NCBI RefSeq assembly: GCF_963921235.1
Contig: NC_086123.1
Span: 31,000,001 to 31,064,000 of the forward strand
Length of the DNA: 64,000 nucleotides
Reading direction: 5' to 3'
Source of the DNA: Mobula hypostoma
Lineage: Eukaryota
The translations under genes and the position numbers were made by a program. The notes beneath the pieces are model-generated. The model was given only the letters and a program-made list of their open reading frames with translations, searched no databases and had not been told where the DNA came from. Below are positions 13,101-25,823 of this stretch, in pieces (the first letter of the stretch is position 1; every line of letters starts with the position of its first letter).

Positions 13101-13140
13101 CTCGAGTTCAGGTGCAACCCATCCAATCAGTACAGGTTCA
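10102..13140 (-). mobile_element. CR1 LINE (APE + RT, frameshifted, with internal deletions) inserted ~390 bp upstream of the copy 1 ISRE
   Basis: ORFs 12496-12960 (YLNARS, ITETWL), 11343-12392, 11011-11382, 9888-10508; absent at the homologous sites ~385 and ~19655. Confidence 0.9.
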
Positions 13141-14534
13141 TCTGTACCATCTCCGCCGTGATTCCACCACCTATCACACATTCTGCTCTGCACCTCTTTC
13201 TGCTTTCAGCATGGACCCCTCGGTCTGTGACTCACTGGTCCTCAGATCCCTCACCCCACCCTGCCTCCCCCAACCTCACCAGCGGAACTTTGTAAGTGTA
13301 GGATGTGTTACAGCTGACCTCACCAATGGTCAGCCCGCCTCCATCACCAACCAGGGCCCTAAAGAGAAACCCAGGGGATCCTACAGATGCCAGGAATCTT
13401 GAAGAGCACGCCAACATAGTTGGGGGAACTCTGGAGGTCAGGCAGCATCAATGGAGGGAAATGAACATCCGTAATTCACTCGAGATCCTTCATCAGGATT
13501 GGAAAGAAAGGGGGCTGAAGCCAGAATAAGGAGGAGGGATGAGAGAGAGGTGGAGTATAAATTAGTGAGGGAGAGAACGGATGGGTGTGGGAGTGGGGAT
13601 GATGTGAGAAGATGGGAGGTGATCGGTGTAAGCACTAAGGGGCTGAAGAAGAAGGAATCTGATCAGTAAGGACAGGAAACCATGGAAGGAGATGGGGAAC
13701 CTGGTGGGGTCATGAGGGTAGGGGAGGAAAGAGATCAGAGAATCACCAAAATAGGAAAAAAACTAAAGACGGAGTGTTGACCAGAAGTTAGAGGTTAATG
13801 CCGTTAGGTTAAAGACTACTCAGATGGATTATGAGATATTGCTCCCCCAGATTGTATTTGGCTTCATCGTGGCAGTGTCCTAAACTGCCCTTCCAGGTGA
13901 GGCAGACATTCATGTGCACCTCCCTTGGCTTTCTTTATTGTAGCAACTGCTTCTGATGTGGTGTCCTCTATATTGGTGAGACCAGGTGGAAATTAGACTG
14001 GGAATCTCTTATCAGATTCCATCATCTGCAGCTCTTTATCACTTCCACCCATCACTTCCCAGCTTCTGTCCCCATGTTCACTCTCCCTCCTCCATCCACC
14101 TATCATCCCTTTTCACCAGGATTCATCTTGCATTTAGGACAGCAATAAAATACCTCCATCTCCATCTGTACAAAAGGTTTCCTCATTGCTGTTTCTATGA
14201 CAATTGTTTATTGACCAGTCACGGCTCTTATCCATGAGCTGAACACCTGAACCTGGAGGTGCAGTGGTCCACTGTTACTCTGCTCTCTAACCTTTGACCT
14301 GTTTGGCACAGGTGACCCTACCAAGAGCCAAAGCAAAAGGCCCTGACTCCAGCTAACGTAACTCTCTGGGTCATTGAAGCACACAAGCCTCCAAGCCCTA
14401 TTTCAAGTTTGTGGTCCTCTTGGAATAGATTTACCCGAGCAACGATTAACCATTTGAGAGGTCAGGTGGACATTGCTAACGCTCAGTGTAAGCATACTAA
14501 CAATTGTGGAATCATATAATTTGATTAAGTTAAT

Positions 14535-14865
14535 ATAGAAACATAGAAAATAGGTGCAGGAGTAGGCCATTCAGCCCTTCGAGCCTGCACCGCCATTCAG
14601 TATGATCATGGCTGATCATCCAACTCAGAACCCTGTACCTGCCATCTCTCCATACCCCCTGATCCCTTTAGCCACAAGGGCCATATCTAACTCCCTCTTA
14701 AATATAGCCAATGAACTGGCCTCAACTGTTTCCTGTGGCAGAGAATTCCACAGATTCGCCACTCTCTGTGTGAAGAAGTTTTTCCTCATCTCGGTCCTAA
14801 AAGGCTTCCCCTCTATCCTCAAACTGTGGCCCCTCGTTCTGGACTTCCCCAACATCGGGAACAAT
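14535..14865 (-). mobile_element. Short CR1 3' fragment with TAAGTTAAT target duplication
   Basis: Same subfamily as 3648-4764; TAAGTTAAT at 14526-14534 and 14869-14877; empty site at ~2318 and ~21588. Confidence 0.85.
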
Positions 14866-15264
14866 TAATAAGTTAATATGTAGAATTATCTTCTGGCAGG
14901 TGTTATTGCCTTAATGATTATCTTTGGGACTCAGCACAAAATTGAAAAAATGTTAAACCATCAATTTACACCTAATTCTTAAAATGCACAGACTCATTGA
15001 TAGATTTGTTTCCTTCACCTCTTCTTGATCCTGCAGGAGTCTATTAAAGTTCTTAAAGGAAAAAAATATGGGACAATTTTGAAATCTTTATTTATGGCTA
15101 CAGCAATTGATTATTCAGGTTTTAAATGACGAAAGGATCAATTCCACCTCGCTACATCAGCAAAATTGGAGGTGAGTTTAAATTCAGAACCTTAATACCA
15201 TCCGCCCCAATCAAAGGTGGTTCCATTTCAATTAAGATCAATATCTTAAGACAATAATAAGACA

Positions 15265-16095
15265 ATAACCTATCCCTCAACGTCAGCAAGACGAAGGAAT
15301 TGGTTGTTGACTTCAGAAGGAGTAGTGGACCGCACAACCGAATTTACATCGGTGGTGCGCAAGTGGAACAGGTCAAAAGCTTTAAGTTCCTTGAGGTCAA
15401 TATTACAAATGACCTGACTTGGTCCAACCAAGCAGAGTTCACTGCCAAGAAGGCCTACCAGTGCCTTTACTTCCTGAGAAAACTAAAGAAATTTGGCCTG
15501 TCCCTTAAAACCCTCACTAATTTTTATAGATGCACCGTAGAAAGCATTCTTCTAGGGTGCATCACAACCTGGTATGGAAGTTCTCCTGTCAAAGACTGAA
15601 AGAAGCTGCGGAAGATCGTGAACATGGCGCAGCACGTCACACAAGCCAATCTTCCGTCCGTGGACTCATTGTACACCGCATGCTGTCGGAGGAGTGCTGC
15701 CAGGATAATCAAGGACACGACCCACCCAGCCAACAAACTTTTTGTCCCTCTTCCCTCCGGGAGAAGGCTCAGGAGCTTGAAGACTCGTATGGCCAGATTT
15801 GGGAACAGCTTCTTTCCTACTGTGATAAGATTGCTGAACAGATCCTGAGCCAGATCTGGGCCGTACCCTCCAAATATCCGGACCTGCCTCTCGGTTTTTT
15901 TGCACTACCTTACTTTCCATTTTTCTATTTTGTATTTATGAATTATAATTTAAAATTTTAATATTTACTAATTTTAACTATTTTTGATATTTAATATTTG
16001 TAATCCAGGGAGTGTAAAGTGTAGATTCAAATATTGCAGTGATAATTGTACATTCTAGTACTAGTTGTTTGGCGACAATGAAGTATAAAGTATAT
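15265..16095 (+). mobile_element. Rex1/Babar-type LINE fragment (paralogue of 2720-3550)
   Basis: ORFs 15300-15599 and 15618-15848. Confidence 0.8.
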
Positions 16096-17141
16096 CCAAG
16101 GCAAGGGGCTGGCAAACATGCAAATGTGTGCAGAAGAGGGAATTCATACTGGAACTTTCGAAAACTGTTATCACAATTCCATGCATAATGATGTAGGAAA
16201 GGGAGAAGTGAGGTAAGAGTAACACAGTGGGGAATAGTAACAGTTAAACTTCAATATTTGCTTCGGATAGAATAGGAAAGATGCAGAATAGCTAACATAA
16301 TGATTCCATTGTGTAAAGTGTTGAATGTGAATTGGGGTTTTTGAGAATCTTGTACATGGTTCAAACGCCACAATCAAACTTTGGTCAAGATACTTCATCT
16401 CTTACCAGGGTCTACAGAACTAGATGAAAGCAATCACACAGAAATGCCAGTGTTCATGCATTTAGACTTTTATTAAAAAAATCATTTCAAATCATATTGG
16501 AAATTTCAACAATGAAAACTGCAAAACATTTAGAACTTCAACCAATCTGATTGCATTAAATTTTAATGCTAAAATGAAAATCAAGACCCATTGGAAGAAC
16601 ACAGTAACTGAAGCAAACAATTTTTGAGGTCCTTAAGTCATCTCCCCCTCCCCCATCAAACCCAATCTTTTTACTGGGATTTGTTTTAAAACATTGTAAA
16701 TTGAAATTGCCACAGCAGTTATTTCTGGGTCTGTGAGTGACACCCATTTTATGTGGGAAGTCATAGACCATCAGATTGTGATCAGCCATTCGGAGTTACA
16801 TTGATCTGAAGAGGAGGTGCAGGTTGCCAGAGTTCCTTTGATATTGTTAATATCTGGCCTCTGCAAAACTGACAACCCATGTTTTCCAGGCTAAGAAGGC
16901 AACAAGGTTACAAGCGACAAACCTCGATGGGAATTTATGTCATTGTCCGACAGACACCCCATCAGTACAGCATTAATACAGAGCGGAAATGGGTCCTTTG
17001 TCCCATTTGTGAATGTCAGTGTGGAACGTAGCAGATACACAGGATAAAGTAACAAAGTGCTCACGACAGAATATAGGAATGCAATAAAATACCAATAAAT
17101 TATTTTTAATCACAGTTTTCTCAACCGTCTGCAGGAGTAAA

Positions 17142-17609
17142 TCAGCCTCCACGTAGCCGGAGCAGCAGAGAGATGGTGGTTAGTGGTCTGATGTTGTAGT
17201 CGGAGAGCAATCGCCCATCCTCCAACTGTTTGCCCTCGTAAACCAGGCGCTGCTGGTCGGGTCTGACCCCCTCCTGCCGATGGACCCGCTCTTTAAAATT
17301 CTGCACGGACTCAGAGGGCATCACGTCGTACGTCGAGGTTTTCCCTTTGTCATTCAGGAGAAATATCTGCATGGATTCCTCTTTCCTGACCAGCAACATG
17401 ACGGTGGGGCTGGGGTTGAGGTTGTAGTAGCTTAGACTTCTCTGGTCCTGCATCTCCACGCTTTGGCCATTTTGCATCATCAGACGCTGTTGGGAAATGG
17501 GCACGTTGGTCTTTTCCTGGATTTTCATCTTGAGTGTCGACACTTGAATGGAAGGGTCGACATCAAGTTCGAAACCATCGCCGGTGATAAACCTCACCTG
17601 AAGTCTCAT
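17142..17609 (-). CDS. isg15: ISG15-like protein, copy 2 (155 aa)
   Basis: Tandem UBL, LRLRGG-stop; acceptor 12 nt before ATG (exon starts 17621). Confidence 0.9.
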   Translation of the reverse strand: MRLQVRFITGDGFELDVDPSIQVSTLKMKIQEKTNVPISQQRLMMQNGQSVEMQDQRSLSYYNLNPSPTVMLLVRKEESMQIFLLNDKGKTSTYDVMPSESVQNFKERVHRQEGVRPDQQRLVYEGKQLEDGRLLSDYNIRPLTTISLLLRLRGG

Positions 17610-18293
17610 CTTGTCAAATCGCTGTAGAGAAAGGAGAAATGATTAAAGAGTTTTTACACCAGATGTGCATGAACTATGATGTATTAATATGGCATTGCCT
17701 ATAATATCAACACAATTAGATTACTTACTAAGATCTGTAGACAAGCGGGAAAAGACAGACCCCTCTTTCCCAGCAGTTCAGAATGTGTGACAGGAATTTT
17801 GAGCCGCAATACTGACAATTGACGGGAGAGGGACTCCGCGAGCCGGTGGGTTTAAACATTTTTGAACTTGATTCGATCAGCGGCAAAAAAATATGTAAAT
17901 GTTACTCATTGGGACCGTAGTAAATGTGCAACTTGTTTAGATTTCTAAGCCAGGACTGTTCCAACCGCCGCTTAATAGGGGAAAAAAATCACTTTTGTCA
18001 CATCGCATTAATGGTGTACCGGGGAGAGCATTCGGACTTGTTGCATCACCGTCTGATATGGAGGGACCACGACACAGGGTCAGAAAAAGCTGCGGACAGT
18101 GGTAAACTCATCCAGCTCCATCATGGGCACCAACAGAGTGTATCTTCAAAAGGTGATGTCTCACGGAGAAGGCATCGATCATTCTCGGCCTGCAGGTCAT
18201 GCCCGCTTCTCATTGCTACCACCAGCGAGGAGCCTGAAGTCTCACGCTCAACGTTTTAGGAACAGATGAACTAATGAACAGTATTTTTGTCTG

Positions 18294-18352
18294 ACACACA
18301 CACACACACACACACACTCGTATATATACTGTGTGTGTGTGTGTGTGTGTGT
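18294..18352. repeat. Inverted (AC)12 / (TG)~11 microsatellite in the ISG15 copy 2 intron
   Basis: Read directly from the sequence. Confidence 0.95.
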
Positions 18353-19154
18353 ATGCTATTATTATTTATATTATATGTTATGTACTGCATTGTACTGCCG
18401 CCCCAAATTGCCAAATTTATCGATTTAAATTAGTGGTGATCACCCGAGTTCTGATTCTAAATCGATTCTGCTGCGAATAAACTCCATTTTACTTTCAACC
18501 AAACATTCACCCTCCACCCCCGCTTTCCTGCACAGAAAGTGTTCATTCCCGACCCAGACTTCCCGAGTCACTGAACTCACACGCAAATTATTGTCGTGAT
18601 ATGAACGAAGATTTCATGCACCGTTTTAACAAGACCGTCACTCTACATCAGCCGATTAACGGGTTTCACCGAACCGTGAGCCTATCAATCCGAGTAGCAG
18701 GAGTGGCCATTCGGCCTGCACCGCTATTCAATGATATCCCCGATGATCTTTTACCTCGCCGCCAGTTGACAACAATTTGTCGCGGATCTATTGCCACTTT
18801 CTGTAAAGTTAGTTTTCTACTAACTTGTTCTCGCCCCGCGTTTTGTCAGCGGTAGAGACTACATTTCCTGCCCGGTTCAGAGGATCTTAGTAATTTAAAT
18901 TATATTGTCAATGTTGTAAACAGCTAGATAAAAATGAGAACTTTAAGATAATTAAATAAAGTCTTAAAATTTTTGTCGACAGTACCGGAAGTCAGGACGA
19001 ATCTGAAGAAAATCTGATCCGCAGCTTTTTTTCTTTGCCCTTTATTCCGCACCGACTTCCAGCTCCGGTCCGGGTAAATCAATAGAAATTCTCCGGCTGC
19101 TGCTGATCGGTATCCCCGCTCCTGCAACTCTGCGTCTCTCCGCCTCCCCCGGCT

Positions 19155-19346
19155 CGCTTTATCTTCTACCCCCGTTTCTGAACGTCACCGCGCCGCTGGG
19201 CTGATCTCACGGCCCGCTGTCGCTGTGTTGACAAACACACCAATCAGGTTCCAGCCGAAGTTTCGTTTCCGAAAAATTCCCCGCAGTAAATTGGAAACGT
19301 TTTCGCCCTGTTACAGGGTTCAACGCTATCGGCTGATTCACTTTCG
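19155..19346 (-). promoter_or_regulatory. ISG15 copy 2 promoter: ISRE 19259-19270, kB-like 19271-19282, IRF half-match ~19336-19345
   Basis: Same motifs as copy 1. Confidence 0.8.
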
Positions 19347-21989
19347 GATTCCGTTCTGGTGTCAGCATCTGCAACAATAACACAGGCACAGGGAAGCCGA
19401 GAATGTGAAGCCCGATCTTGACCGGAACATAACCTGAAACGTGTCATCTCTGAATACATTTATCTGGTTCATTCAGTGACAACCTAAGTGATAAAATGCT
19501 CGAATCCACCCAAACAATACAACACAACTGTGCCCAATCCACATCACCTCTATTTCCCCATCTTTCTTGCCCAGATCCCCGTGGGCAGACAGCCGTAGTT
19601 TTACCCCGTTTCCCGAGCTTCACCCCATCCAGCATATCAATCTTTTCAACGTCCACCATCTCCACCGTGATTCCACCATTTGTAACACATTCTGTTCTGC
19701 ACCTCTTTCTGTTTTCGGCATGGACCCCTCGGTCCGTGACTCACAGGTCCTCAGATACCTCCCCCACCCCACCTCCCCCACCCTCACCAGCGAAACTTTG
19801 TAAGTGTAGGATGTGTTACAGCTGACCTCTCCAATGGTCAGCCCGCCTCCATCACCAACCAGTGCCCTAAAGAGAGACCCAGGAGATCATACAGACGCCA
19901 GGAATCTTGAAGAGCAGCCAAAATTGTTGGGGGAACTCTGGAGGTCAGGCAGCATCAATGGAGGGAAATGAACATCCATAATTCACTCGAGATCCTTCAT
20001 CAGGATTGGAAAGAAAGGGGGCTGAAGCCAGAATAAGGAGGAGGGATGAGAGAGAGGTGGAGTATAAATTAGTGAGGGGGAGAGTGGATGAGTGTGGGAG
20101 TGGGGATGATGTGTGAAGATGGGAGGTGATCGGTGTAAGCACTAAGGGGCTGAAGAAGAAGGAATCTGATTGGAAAGGACAGGAGACCATGGAAGGATAT
20201 GGGGATCCTGGGAGGGTCATGAGGGTGGGGGAGGAAAGAGGTGAGAGGATCACTAAAATAGGAAAAAAACTAAAGGGGAGGTGTTGACCAGAACTTAGAG
20301 TTTAATGCCATCGGGTTAAAGACTACTCAGAACGAGTATGAGATATTGCTCCCCCAGATTGTGTTTGGCTTCATCGTAGCAGTGTCCTAAACTGCACTTC
20401 CAGGTGAGGCGGACATTCACGTGCACCTCCCTTGGCTTTCTTTATTGTAGCAACTGCTTCTGATGTGGTGTCCTCTATATTGGTGAGACCAGGTGGAAAT
20501 TAGACTGGGAATCTCTTATCAGATTCCATCATCTGCAGCTCTTTATCACCTCCACCCATCACTTCCCAGCTTCTGTCCCCATGTCCACACTCCCTCCTCC
20601 ATCCGCCTATCATTCATTCTCAACCGGATCCATCTTGTGTTTAGGACAGCAATAAAGGACCTCCATCTCCATCTGGACACAAGGTTTCTTCATTGCTGTT
20701 TCTGTGACAATTATTTTTTGACCAGTCACTGTTCTTATCCATGAGCTGAACACCTGAACCTGGAGATGTGGTGGTCCACTGTTAGTTTGCCCTCTGTTAG
20801 AGTGAAGTTTTTTGGATAGATGATTTGTTTACACTTAAATGACTTTTGCCACCAGACTTCTATTTGACAAAGTACTGTGGATTGAGTCCACAACAATGCG
20901 CTTCCTAAAGGTGTGAATACCAGATGCTTCTGGTGCCGTAGTTTGACCAGATGCTGTAGTTTCAAAGACAGTATTATCTGTACTTTATAAATATTAATTG
21001 TCTTCTATGTTAGCACATAAAATGCCAAATAAATGTATGGTGGATTTAACTAAAGGCTGTGGATACCAACCCAGACATGTTGGCGTCGGAAGGAAAGGAT
21101 GAAATCCGAAGATGTGATGTTTGTATGTAGCTTCAAAAGGAAGCATTGTCTATAACTTTTTAAGTAGTGATGGCCTTTGAGTTTAGCATATAAATATCTG
21201 AACCCACATTGGACTAACAGTCCTTTCTACTGGAAGCGTCTCCGTCCATATGATGCCTGCTTGTTGTGTCGAATGTCGAATAAAGAAGCTGGTTTGAATC
21301 TACCAGTGACTCTGACTCTCCATTAATGTCATCCACGCTACAACACCCTCTACCCTTTGACCTGTTTGGCACACATGACCCTACCAAGAGCCAAAGCAAA
21401 AGGCCTGACTCCAGCCAACGTAACTCTCAGGGTCATTGAGGCACACAAGCTTCCAAGCCCTGCGACAAGGTTGTGGTCCTCTTGGAATAGATTTACCCGA
21501 GCAACGATTAACTATTTGAGAGGTCAGGTGGACATTGCTAATGCTCAGTGTAAGCATACTAAAAATTGTGGAATCATATAATTTGTTTAAGTTAATATGT
21601 AGAATTATCTTCTGGCATGTGTTAATGCCTTAGTTATTATCTTTGGGACTCAGCACAAAATTGAAAAGATGTTAAACCATCAATTTACACCTAATTCTTA
21701 AAATGCACAGACTCATTGATAGATTTGTTTCCTTTGCCTCTTCTTGATCCTGCAGGAGTCTATTAAAGTTCTTAAAGTAAAATTCTAGGACAATTAAAGG
21801 ACAATTTTGAAATCTTTATTCAGGGCTACAGCAATTAATTATTCAGGTTTTAAATGACAAAAGGATCAATTCCACCTCGCTACATCAGCAAAATTGGAAG
21901 TGTGTTTAAATTCAGAACCTTAATACCATCCGCCCCAATCAAAGGTGGTTCCATTTCAATTAAGATCAATATCATAAGACAATAATAAG

Positions 21990-22790
21990 ACAATAGCCTA
22001 TCCCTCAACGTCAGCAAGACAAAGGAATTGGTTGTTGACTTCAGAAGGAGTAGTGGACCGCACAACCCAATTTACATCGGTGGTGTGCAAGTGGAACAGG
22101 TCAAAAGCTTTAAGTTCCTCGGGGTCAATATCACAAATGACCTGACTTGGTCCAACCAAGCAGAGTTCACTGCCAAGAAGGCCCACCAGTGCCTTTACTT
22201 CCTGAGAAAACTAAAGAAATTTGGCCTGTCCCCTAAAACCCTCACTAATTTTATAGATGCACCGTAGAAAGCATACTTCTAGGGTGCATCACAACCTGGT
22301 ATGGAAGTTGTCCTGTCAAAGACTGAAAGAAGCTGCGGAAGATCGTGAACATGGTGCAGCACATCACACAAGTACGCACGCTGTCAGAGAAGTGCTGCCA
22401 GGATAATCAAGGACACCACACACCCAGCCAACAGACTTTTTGTCCCTCTTCCCTCCGGGAGAAGGCTCAGGAGCTTGAAGACTCATATGGCCAGATTTGG
22501 GAACAGCTTCTTTTCTACTGTGATAAGACTGCTGAACGGATCCTGACCTGGATCTGGGCCGTACCCTCCAAATATCCAGACCTGCCTCTCGGTTTTTCTG
22601 CACTACCTTACATTCCATTTGTCTGTTTTATATTCATGATTTATAACTTAAATTTTTAATATTTACTAATTTTAACTATTTTTAATATTTAATATTTGTA
22701 ATCCAGGGAGTGTGAAGTGCAGATTCAAATATTGCTGTGATGATTGTACATTCTAGTACTAGCTGTTTGGTGACAATAAAGTGTAAGGTA
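21990..22790 (+). mobile_element. Rex1/Babar-type LINE fragment (paralogue, additionally frameshifted and deleted)
   Basis: ORF 22028-22267 and downstream homology to 2720-3550. Confidence 0.8.
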
Positions 22791-22887
22791 TATCCTAGGC
22801 AAGGGGCTGGCAAACATGCAAATGTGTGCAGAAGAGGGAATTCATACTGGAACTTTCGAAAACTGTTATCACAATTCCATGCATAAT

Positions 22888-25089
22888 ATAGAAACATAGA
22901 AACATAGAAAATAGGTGCAGGGGTAGGCTATTCGGCCCTTCGAGCCTGCACCGCCATTTATTATGATCTTGGCTGATCATCCAACTCAGATCCCCGCCCC
23001 AGCCTTCCGTCCATACCCCCTGACCCCCGTAGCCACAAGGGCCATATCTAACTCCCTCTTAAATATAGCCAATGAACTGGCCACAACTGTTTCCTGTGGC
23101 AGAGAATTCCACAGATTCACCACTCTCTGTGTGAAGAAGTTTTTCCTAATCTCGGTCCTAAAAGTCTTCCCCTCTATCCTCAAACCGTGGCCCCTCGTTC
23201 TGGACTTCCCCAACATCGGGAACAATCTTCCTGCATCTAGCCTGTCCAATCCCTTTAGGATCTTATACGTTTCAATCAGATCCCCCCTCAATCTTCTAAA
23301 TTCCAACGAGTAGAAGCCCAGTTCATCCAGTCTTTCTTGATATGAAAGTCCTGCCATCCCAGGAATCAATCTGGTGAACCTTCTTTGTACTCCCTCTATG
23401 GCAAGGATGTCTTTCCTCAGATTAGGGGACCAAAACTGCACACAATACTCCAGGTGTGGTCTCGCCAAGGCCTTGTACAACTGCAGTAGTACCTCCCTGC
23501 TCCTGTACTCGAATCCTCTCGCTATAAATGCCAGCATACCATTCGCCTTTTTCACCGCCTGCTGTACCTGCATGCCCACTTTCAATGACTGGTGTATAAG
23601 GACACCCAGGTCTCGTTGCACCTCCCCTTTTCCTAATCGGCCACCATTCAGATAATAATTTGTTTTCCTATTTTTGCCACCAAAGTGGATAACTTCACAT
23701 TTATCCACATTAAATTGCATCTGCCATGAATTTGCCCACTCACCCAACCTATCCAAGTTACCCTGCATCCTCTTAGCATCCTCCTCACAGCTAACACTGC
23801 CACCCAGCTTCGTGTCATCCGCAAACTTGGAGCTGCTGCATTTAATTCCCTCATCCAAGTCATTAATATATATTGTAAACAACTGGGGTCCCAGCACTGA
23901 GCCTTGCAGTACCCCACTAGTCACCGCCTGCCATTCTGAAAAGGTCCCGTTTATTCCCACTCTTTGCTTCCTGTCTGCCAACCAATTCTCCACCCACACC
24001 AATACCTTACCCCCAATACTGTGTGCTTTAAGTTTGCACACTAACCTCCTGTGTGGGACCTTGTCAAAAGCCTTTTGAAAATCCAAATATACCACATCCA
24101 CTGGTTCTCCCCTATCCACTCTACTAGTTACATCCTCAAAAAATTCTATGAGATTCGTCAGACATGATTTTCCTTTCACAAATCCATGCTGACTTTGTCC
24201 GATGATTTCGCCGCTTTCCAAATGTGCTGTTATCACATCCTTGATAACTGACTCCAGCAGTTTCCCCACCACCGACGTTAGGCTAACCGGTCTATAATTC
24301 CCCGGTTTCTCTCTCCCTCCTTTTTTAAAAAGTGGAGTTACATTAGCCACCCTCCAATCCTCAGGAACTAGTCCAGAATCTAACGACTTTTGAAAAATTA
24401 TCACTAATGCATCGACTATTTCTTGGGCTGCTTCTTTAAGCACTCTAGGATGCAGACCATCTGGCCCTGGGGATTTATCTGCCTTCAATCCCTTCAATTT
24501 ACCTAACACCACTTCCCTACTAACATGTATTTTGCTCAGTTCCTCCATCCCACTGGACCCTCTGTCCCTTACTATTTTTGGAAGATTATTTATGTCCCCC
24601 TTAGTGAAGACAGAACCAAAGTAACTATTCAATTGGTCTGCCATGTCCTTGCTCCCCATAATCAATTCACCTGTTTCTGTCTGCAGGGGACCTACATTTG
24701 TCTTTACCAGTCTTTTCCTTTTTACATATCTATAAAAGCTTTTACAGTCCGTTTTTATGTTCCCTGCCAGTTTTCTCTCATAATCTTTTTTCCCCTTCCT
24801 AATTAAGCCCTTTGTCCTCCTCTGCTGAACTCTGAATTTCTCCCAGTCCTCAGGTGAGCCACTTTTTCTGGCTAATTTGTATGCTTCTTCTTTGGAATTG
24901 ATACTATCCCTAATTTCTCTTGTCAGCCACGGGTGCACTACCTTCCTTGATTTATTCTTTTGCCAAACTGGGATGAACAATTGTTGTAGTTCATCCATGC
25001 AACCTTTAAATGCTTGCCATTGCATATCCACCGTCAATCCTTTAAGTGTCATTTGCCATTCTATCTTAGCTAATTCACGTCTCATACTT
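22888..25089 (-). mobile_element. CR1 LINE, 5'-truncated, open 699-aa RT-containing frame
   Basis: ORF 22986-25085 (NYRPVSL, YLDFQKAFDKV, KFADDTK); same 3' insertion point as 3648-4764. Confidence 0.93.
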
Positions 25090-25432
25090 TGACCTCACTC
25101 ATTAACGAGACATTTTTACCTACAGAAGTGACAGTCACTTGTCATTTTATGTTTTTCACACCATTCTCTCTAAACTCTACAGACCGTTGTGCATGAAAAT
25201 TCCAAGAGATCAGCAGTTTCTGAGATAATCAAACCACCCCATCTGGCACCAACAACCATTCTACAGTCAAAGTTGCTAAGATCACATTTCTACCCTATTC
25301 TGATATTTGGTCTGAACAACAACTGAACATCTTGACCATTCTGCATTGAGTTGCTGCCACATGGTTAGCTGATGAGATATTTGCATTAATGAACAGGTAT
25401 ACAGGTGTACCTAACAAAGTTGCCACTGAGTG
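25090..25432. mobile_element. Partial Tc1/mariner-type MITE (one TIR)
   Basis: Ends GGTGTACCTAACAAAGTTGCCACTGAGTG; collinear with the right part of the 41991-42519 element. Confidence 0.7.
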
Positions 25433-25439
25433 TGACCTC

Positions 25440-25823
25440 ATGGTGCTGTTGGACAGGGATCTGCAGAATTTAGATCCAGCTATGATGAGAGTCTACATGG
25501 CAATGTAGTTCCAAGTCAGGATGGTGTTTGGCTTCAAAGGGAACCTGCATTTGGTGGGGTTCCCACATGCCTGCAGCCTTTATCCTTCTTGATGTTCGAA
25601 TTTGTGGGTTTGACAGATGCTATCAGAGCAGCCAGGACAAAAAAATACTGCAGTGCAGTTTGTAAATGGTACATAGTGGGGCTACTATGCGTGGATAATG
25701 GAAGGAATCAATGTTTGGTGTGTTTGAGGAACCAATCAGTCTTCTTTTAACCTGGACGATCATGGGCTTCTTGAGAATTGCTGGTTTTGCACTCATCCAG
25801 TTAAGCAGAGAGTATTCCATCAC
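25440..25823 (-). mobile_element. Old degenerate LINE RT C-terminal fragment
   Basis: ORF 25623-25823 MEYS...W...NIDSFHYPR.VAPLCTIYKLHC resembles a CR1/L2-group C-terminus. Confidence 0.5.
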